DNA of 64,000 nucleotides from Candidatus Latescibacterota bacterium. GTDB taxonomy: Bacteria > Latescibacterota > UBA2968 > GCA-2709665. Both the position numbers and the translations under genes were made by a program. The notes under the pieces were generated by a model that was not told the DNA's origin, did not search any database, and saw only the letters and a list, made by a program, of their open reading frames with translations. The DNA lies in NCBI GenBank assembly GCA_965248435.1, contig OZ252100.1, positions 1,216,001 through 1,280,000 on the forward strand. The letters are read 5' to 3'. Within the stretch, counting starts at the first letter, position 1, and each line of letters opens with the position of its first letter. Of this stretch, positions 58,816 to 64,000 are shown in pieces.

Positions 58816-59892
58816 TTATATCGTCGGTAACCTCGGCACAACCTCCTTCGCCAGCAGTTCCATCGACCTCACCCACTTCGCCTTGTCGTCCCAGTCGTGC
58901 GCGATCATCAGCAGCGTGCCAAACCCGCCGGTCTGTTCCCACACCTCCATCAACTGTTGGGTCACGGTTTCCACATCCCCGATAATGCACAGGTGCTTCA
59001 GGAGATACTCAGAAGTCACTTCGTCATCCGGTATATCCTGATCGTGTTTCATCAACGGTAGCCTGCCCCCCGGTGCGAGAAGGTTGATCAGGTACTCGTG
59101 CGCACCCGCCATCGGCCCGTTGACCGCGTGGTCCCACGCCTCCTCGTTCGATTCACCGATGAAGACGCTGCGGGAGATCTGCCAGATCGCTCGATCAGGC
59201 GGCGGTCGGCCTGCTTCTTCCGCACCGGTGCAATAGGTCTTCCAATGATCGCAAAGCTTCGCCGCAGGCACGAGGTTCGTACTGATCGGGATATAGCCGC
59301 GCTGCCCGGCCGTACGAGCTGCCATCGAAGTGGGCTGAACCACGCTCATCGCCAGCGGCGGGTGAGGCTTCTGGTAGGGCTTGAGGATCGTTCCGATTCC
59401 GTAGTCCGGATTCTCATCGTTGAGTTTGACGTGCCAGTAGTCGCCCTTGTACTCGAACGGGGCCTCGGCCTGCCACAGCTTCAGGATCAGGTCCATGGCC
59501 TCGACCGTCATCAGCCCCTGCGTCTTCGGTTCCGGCAGGTCGAACAGCGCCCAGTCGGTCCGGATGCCGCCCTGCCCGAACCCGCAATTGATCCGGCCCC
59601 GGGACAGGTGATCCAGGTAGGCGATGCGAACGGCCACGTTCACGGGGTGATGCTGGGGAAGGATCGAAACGCCGGTCCCCAGACGGATGTTTTGGGTGCG
59701 AGGCAGCACATTCGCGATGAAAACGTCGTTCGCCGGGATCGGCTCCCAAGCCAACGAGTGATGCTGGCCGACCCAGAGATCGGAAAATCCGAGTTCATCG
59801 GCCAGAACGGCCAACTCGATGTCCTCCTCGAAGCAGACCGTCCGGTCCTTCTCGGGGGGATGCAGCGGCATCATGAAGATCCCCAGTTTTAT
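58816..59892 (-). CDS. LLM-class flavin-dependent oxidoreductase
   Basis: ADELGFSDLWVGQHH, IRLGTGV, LDHLSRGR, KPYQKPHPP. The conserved start (M)KLGIFMMP begins at ATA 59892 after SD GAGGTG. Confidence 0.93.
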   Translation of the reverse strand: MKLGIFMMPLHPPEKDRTVCFEEDIELAVLADELGFSDLWVGQHHSLAWEPIPANDVFIANVLPRTQNIRLGTGVSILPQHHPVNVAVRIAYLDHLSRGRINCGFGQGGIRTDWALFDLPEPKTQGLMTVEAMDLILKLWQAEAPFEYKGDYWHVKLNDENPDYGIGTILKPYQKPHPPLAMSVVQPTSMAARTAGQRGYIPISTNLVPAAKLCDHWKTYCTGAEEAGRPPPDRAIWQISRSVFIGESNEEAWDHAVNGPMAGAHEYLINLLAPGGRLPLMKHDQDIPDDEVTSEYLLKHLCIIGDVETVTQQLMEVWEQTGGFGTLLMIAHDWDDKAKWVRSMELLAKEVVPRLPTI

Positions 59893-60030
59893 AGGTCACC
59901 TCCCGGGTCACTGGCGGATTTCCGCCAAAAATAGGTTGAATTTCTCCGAAAGTGTCTGTAATATAAGGGGAAACGGGACTACCCGGACACTTTCTTCTCG
60001 ACATCCCTATCTGGAGTTTCAGGACAAAGC

Positions 60031-62205
60031 ATGACTCTCCGCAAGCGAGTGCTCATCAACATCGCCGCGACGGTTACCGGCCTGATGCTCATCCTATGGG
60101 GCATCTCCCATTTTGTCCTCATGGACAGCTTCCTCGACCTGGAGGAGCAAAACGTCCGGCGGGATGTTCAGCGGGCACAGGATGCGATCTCCGAAGAGAT
60201 CTCCAATCTGAGCGCGACCACCCTGGACTGGTCTTCCTGGGACGACACCTATACCTTCATCGAGGATCGCAACGACGGATTTTTAACAGCGAATCTCGTC
60301 GACGCCACCTTCGACAGCACCAAATTGAGGCTGAATGTGATGCTGTTCGTGGATGCCACGGGCAACCTGGTATATGGCAAGGCTTTCGATTTTCACAACA
60401 TGAAGGAAATGCCTCTTCCCCAGGACCTGTTCGCGCATCTTTCTGGCAAGGGTCTTATGAATCATCCGGACGTCAAGAGCAGGGTCAACGGAATCGTCAT
60501 GCTTGGCGATGGCCCGATGCTGGTCGCGTCCACGCCGATCCAGACCAGCGAGGAGAAAGGACCGATACGGGGCGCGTTGATCATGGGACGATATCTCGAT
60601 CGGTCGGAGATAAATCGCTTGGCGGACATTACGCATATGTCGCTATCGGTCCATCCGGCTGGCAGCGCTGACCTCCCCTCGGATGTTCAGGCCGCGAACT
60701 CGCGCTTGACGGAAGACGTCAAGATTGTCGTTGACCCGCTGAATGAAGAGTCGATCGCAGGATACGCTGCCCTGAAGGACATTTATGGAAAGCCGCTCCT
60801 GACTTTGAGGGTGGACACACCGAGAGACATTTACGCCCAGGGCGCGACAACCGTATCCTACTTTGTGCTGTTCATGCTCGGAGCGGGCCTTGTCTGCGGC
60901 GGAGCCGTCTACTTATGTATGGAGAAGACGGTCCTGAAAAGAGTCGCGAGCCTGGCCAGAGCGGTCACCCGAATCGGTGAGGGTCAGGACCTGTCAAAGA
61001 GAGTGGAAATGAGCGGACGGGACGAGCTGTCCCGATTAGGGGAAAAGATCAACGGCATGCTCGCTGAACTGGAGGATACAGAACACAAGATGGTCCAGCT
61101 GGAACGCATGAGGGCATTGGGAGAGATGGCCGCCGGCATCAGTCACAACCTGAACAACATTCTGACAGGCATCTGGGGTCCCGTTCAGCTTATGCAGAAG
61201 GAAACCGACGATCCCAAAATCCTTGATCGCACAGATATGATCGCGAAATCGGCGGAGCGGGCCTCGGAACTCGTAAACCGAATCAATCGCGCCGTGCAGG
61301 GAAGCAAAGAAGACTCAGGACAACCCGTCGATGTGAACGCGGTGGTTCGCGAAGCCATTCAGAGCGCGCGTCCTCGTTGGAAAGATGAAGGTGAGTCCAG
61401 CGGCGTCTCGATAGACATCGTGACCGACCTGAAAGGCGTGCCTTTCATCATGGGCACACGGGCCGAGTTTCACGACGTCATCATCAACATGCTGTTCAAC
61501 TCGATCGATGCGATGCCGAATGGCGGTGAGATCCGGATTGCGTCCAGCGTCCTGAACGGTGAGGTTAAGGTCGACCTGAGCGACACCGGCATCGGGATGG
61601 ACGAGGAGACGCTGAAAAGGGTGTTCGAGCCTTTCTTCACGACGAAGAGGGACGTCGGCACCGGCCTCGGGATGTCGACAATCCATTCGACCGTGGTGCG
61701 CTGGGGAGGCACCATAGATATACAGAGCGCCGTTGGGAAGGGAACGGCTGTCTCGGTTCGATTGCCGTCTTGCATAGACGTGGAAGTGCCCGAGCTCGAA
61801 ATAGGAAAGGTCCCTGAGGCACCGCGCAGTAGACTCCTCGTCGTCGAAGACGATGAGGACATCTGCCACTTTTTCGCTCACTTTTTAGAAGGACAGCACG
61901 ATGTGGAGACGGTCTCCGACGGTCGCGAGGCCCTGGACGCGTTCACACCCGGGCGATACGACGTCGCCCTGATCGATCTGGGTCTTCCTGGAATGCCGGG
62001 CGATCAACTCGCTTTAGAAATCAGGGAGCGGGACGCAGCATTGGTTACCGTGCTGGTAACGGGGTGGGACCTCGAAAAAGACGACCCGAGATTGTCAGCG
62101 TTCGACTTCTGGCTGAAGAAGCCCCTCAAAAACCTGAATCACGTAAAGGGCGTAATCGGCAGTGCAATCGCCTTCCACCAGACCAAGGCAAACGCGTCAT
62201 CCTGA
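60031..62205 (+). CDS. Hybrid sensor kinase CHASE4-HAMP-HisKA-HATPase-REC
   Basis: DWSSWDDTYTF (CHASE4), DELSRLGEKINGML (HAMP), GISHNLNN, DTGIGM..FEPFFTTK..GTGLG, LIDLGLP. Confidence 0.95.
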   Translation: MTLRKRVLINIAATVTGLMLILWGISHFVLMDSFLDLEEQNVRRDVQRAQDAISEEISNLSATTLDWSSWDDTYTFIEDRNDGFLTANLVDATFDSTKLRLNVMLFVDATGNLVYGKAFDFHNMKEMPLPQDLFAHLSGKGLMNHPDVKSRVNGIVMLGDGPMLVASTPIQTSEEKGPIRGALIMGRYLDRSEINRLADITHMSLSVHPAGSADLPSDVQAANSRLTEDVKIVVDPLNEESIAGYAALKDIYGKPLLTLRVDTPRDIYAQGATTVSYFVLFMLGAGLVCGGAVYLCMEKTVLKRVASLARAVTRIGEGQDLSKRVEMSGRDELSRLGEKINGMLAELEDTEHKMVQLERMRALGEMAAGISHNLNNILTGIWGPVQLMQKETDDPKILDRTDMIAKSAERASELVNRINRAVQGSKEDSGQPVDVNAVVREAIQSARPRWKDEGESSGVSIDIVTDLKGVPFIMGTRAEFHDVIINMLFNSIDAMPNGGEIRIASSVLNGEVKVDLSDTGIGMDEETLKRVFEPFFTTKRDVGTGLGMSTIHSTVVRWGGTIDIQSAVGKGTAVSVRLPSCIDVEVPELEIGKVPEAPRSRLLVVEDDEDICHFFAHFLEGQHDVETVSDGREALDAFTPGRYDVALIDLGLPGMPGDQLALEIRERDAALVTVLVTGWDLEKDDPRLSAFDFWLKKPLKNLNHVKGVIGSAIAFHQTKANASS

Positions 62206-62236
62206 TTTGCCGGTAGGCAGGCGAACAAAACGAACT

Positions 62237-62267
62237 CGGGGCTTACATCCACTTGATGTAAGCCCCG
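62237..62267. terminator. Hairpin between convergent genes (likely bidirectional terminator)
   Basis: CGGGGCTTACATC-CACTT-GATGTAAGCCCCG, a perfect 13-bp stem. Confidence 0.75.
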
Positions 62268-62315
62268 TTCCTTTTCTAACGACGCAGACTGTGCCTATCT
62301 TGTGTCAGGAAGGTT

Positions 62316-62675
62316 CTACTGTTCCGCCAGCACCTCATTCACAGACTCTATCACGTCGGCCAGCTCAAACGGTTTCTCCAGAATCCGCTCGACGCCGAGT
62401 TCCTCCAGGTACTGGGTCCGGTGATCCGTCAGATGGGCGCTCAGAATGATCACCGGCACATCGATGTCCTCCTGCTGAAGAATGAGCACGAACTGATCGC
62501 CAGGCGTGGGCATCACCAGGTCGCTCAGGACCAGATCGACATCAGTAAAATCCACCTCATCCAGTGCAGGCTTGGCATCATCAAAATCGAGTACCTCGTG
62601 ACCCTCTTTCTTCAGCAAACGGACCAGCACGTTTCGCACCGAGGCGTCATCATCCATCACAACAATCTTGGCCAT
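62316..62675 (-). CDS. Single-domain response regulator
   Basis: VVMDDD, LSDLVMP, ILSA, LEKPF. Confidence 0.93.
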   Translation of the reverse strand: MAKIVVMDDDASVRNVLVRLLKKEGHEVLDFDDAKPALDEVDFTDVDLVLSDLVMPTPGDQFVLILQQEDIDVPVIILSAHLTDHRTQYLEELGVERILEKPFELADVIESVNEVLAEQ

Positions 62676-62764
62676 ATCGAGTCCCCTATCAAACGCCTTG
62701 AACCATCCACTTTAATAATAAGATATGAACCTGTGATTCTGAGTCAAGTCGCTTCAGATCCCGT

Positions 62765-64000
62765 CTATTGTGGAAACGAAGGCAGCTCGAGCCCCGAAAT
62801 GTGCTGAAGGATTCGGATAACCTGAGCGCTGTAGCCGTACTCGTTGTCATACCAGACGTAAAGGACACACCGCCGCCCCTGAACAATCGTGGCCTTGGAA
62901 TCGACGATGCCCGTCTTCTCCTCCCCGATAAAGTCGCTTGAAACGACGTCAGGCGAGGTGACGTAAGCGACCTGACCCTGCAACGGGGAATTGAAGGCGA
63001 TTCCTCGAAGATACTCATTCACTTCTTCTACGGAACTCTCCGTGCCCAGATTCAGATTCAGAACGGCGAGCGAAACGTTCGGTGTCGGCACACGGATCGC
63101 ATTCGCTGTCAGTCGTCCCTTCAGCTCCGGAATCACCTTCGCGACGGCCCCGGCCGCACCCGTTTCGGTGATGACCATATTCTGAGGCGCACCCCGACCT
63201 CGCCTCTCCTTTCTGTGGTAATTGTCCAGGAGATTCTGTTCGGGTGTGTAGGAATGACAGGTCTCGATATGTGCGTCTTCGATCCGAAACCGGTCGTTTA
63301 TCACTTTGAGCACCGGAACAATAGCATTCGTCGTGCAACTGCAGGCAGACAGGATTCTCTCTTCTGCCTTGATGCGGTCATTGTTCACTCCGTAGACGAT
63401 GTTCGGGATGTCGTCCTGACCTGGAGCGGTCAAGATCACTTTGGACACACCCTTGGATTCGAGGTGTTGTTGCAAGCCCTTCCTGTCCCTCCACACCCCC
63501 GTGTTGTCCAGAACGATCGCATTATGAATGCCATATTCCGTATAGTCCAATTCTGTCGGGCTGTCGGCGTAAATCAGCCGAATCATGTTCCCGTTCGCCA
63601 CAAACGAATTTTCCTGCTTGTCCAGGACAATCGTCCCATCGAACTGCCCGTGGACCGAATCGCGTCGCAACAGCCCGGCCCGCTTCACCAGGTCTCCCTG
63701 CTTTTCCCTCACCACCACGGCTCGCAGGCGCCATTTGTCTCCGCCCCCGCTCCGTGCGATCAGAATCCTGCACAGGATCCGGCCGACGCGGCCAAATCCA
63801 TACAAAACGATGTCCTGGGGGACCTCACGCAGTTTTCTCTTTCCCGCGTTAATTTCCGGAAGCTCCTGGCCAACGAAGACCTCCACATCCTCTGCGGCCA
63901 TGCTGGTATGATAGCGGGTTGTCAGCTTTCCTATATCGATTCGACTGGGCGCGAGCTCGAGCTTTGCCAGGGCCTGCAGGATCGGAAAGCTGGAAAAGAC
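62765..64000 (-). CDS. gap: Glyceraldehyde-3-phosphate dehydrogenase, long form (5' end outside window)
   Basis: LYGFGRVGR, DSVHG, SCTTNA, TETGAA, RVPTPNVS, WYDNEYGY; frame stays open to 64000. Confidence 0.95.
   Translation of the reverse strand, partial: VFSSFPILQALAKLELAPSRIDIGKLTTRYHTSMAAEDVEVFVGQELPEINAGKRKLREVPQDIVLYGFGRVGRILCRILIARSGGGDKWRLRAVVVREKQGDLVKRAGLLRRDSVHGQFDGTIVLDKQENSFVANGNMIRLIYADSPTELDYTEYGIHNAIVLDNTGVWRDRKGLQQHLESKGVSKVILTAPGQDDIPNIVYGVNNDRIKAEERILSACSCTTNAIVPVLKVINDRFRIEDAHIETCHSYTPEQNLLDNYHRKERRGRGAPQNMVITETGAAGAVAKVIPELKGRLTANAIRVPTPNVSLAVLNLNLGTESSVEEVNEYLRGIAFNSPLQGQVAYVTSPDVVSSDFIGEEKTGIVDSKATIVQGRRCVLYVWYDNEYGYSAQVIRILQHISGLELPSFPQ

Noticed and set aside
58373-58990. 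ORFs with repeated peptides (GTGYREIK.../FDFPVPGP...)
   Set aside because: Translations of the 29-bp tandem repeat with no start signals.
59098-61881. Long overlapping ORFs (e.g. 59098-59934 +, 60096-60671 +, 61315-61881 -)
   Set aside because: Antisense or alternate-frame shadows of well-supported genes in GC-rich DNA.

Overview
Mosaic bacterial window, probably from a diderm. Lipoproteins, an outer-membrane barrel and EF-hand/dockerin-like DFxGxxKVDFLDF repeats recall Latescibacterota-like genomes (inference only). From left to right: (1) 1-16.5 kb is an AT-rich regulatory island: a PAS-PAS histidine kinase cut by the window edge, eight receiver-domain genes (two are REC-AraC paralogues, one is a pseudogene), an orphan MerR with its 19-bp-spacer promoter, HU/IHF, XRE regulators, and several promoter-short structured RNA-terminator units. 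Embedded at 7.9-12.0 kb is a segment whose genes carry archaeal-type TATA boxes. (2) 17-22.9 kb is a defence-like, decayed patch: an attC-like site, a DUF6884 + nuclease-like pair, a SIR2-deoxynucleoside-kinase-like fusion coupled to a nucleoside 2-deoxyribosyltransferase (best candidate for an undescribed system), and a group II intron end. (3) 23-44 kb holds an RND pump and a broken NRPS cluster: PvdQ-like acylase, BtrH-like-T-E* protein, cyclic peptide exporter and a frameshifted Asn-Pro NRPS, interrupted by an IS630 remnant and cassette-like genes. (4) 44.9-57.6 kb is a co-oriented lipid-attacking cluster (two patatin-fold lipases, GMC oxidase-hydrolase fusion, PhoD-like, lipase pseudogene, Vps62-like, crystallin-domain protein), with a 141-bp direct repeat flanking a 5.4-kb block. 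(5) 58-64 kb is GC-richer core-like DNA: TfoX, LLM monooxygenase, CHASE4 hybrid kinase, REC and GAPDH. No rRNA, tRNA, integrase or CRISPR array was seen. All family calls come from motif recognition by eye, not from database searches.
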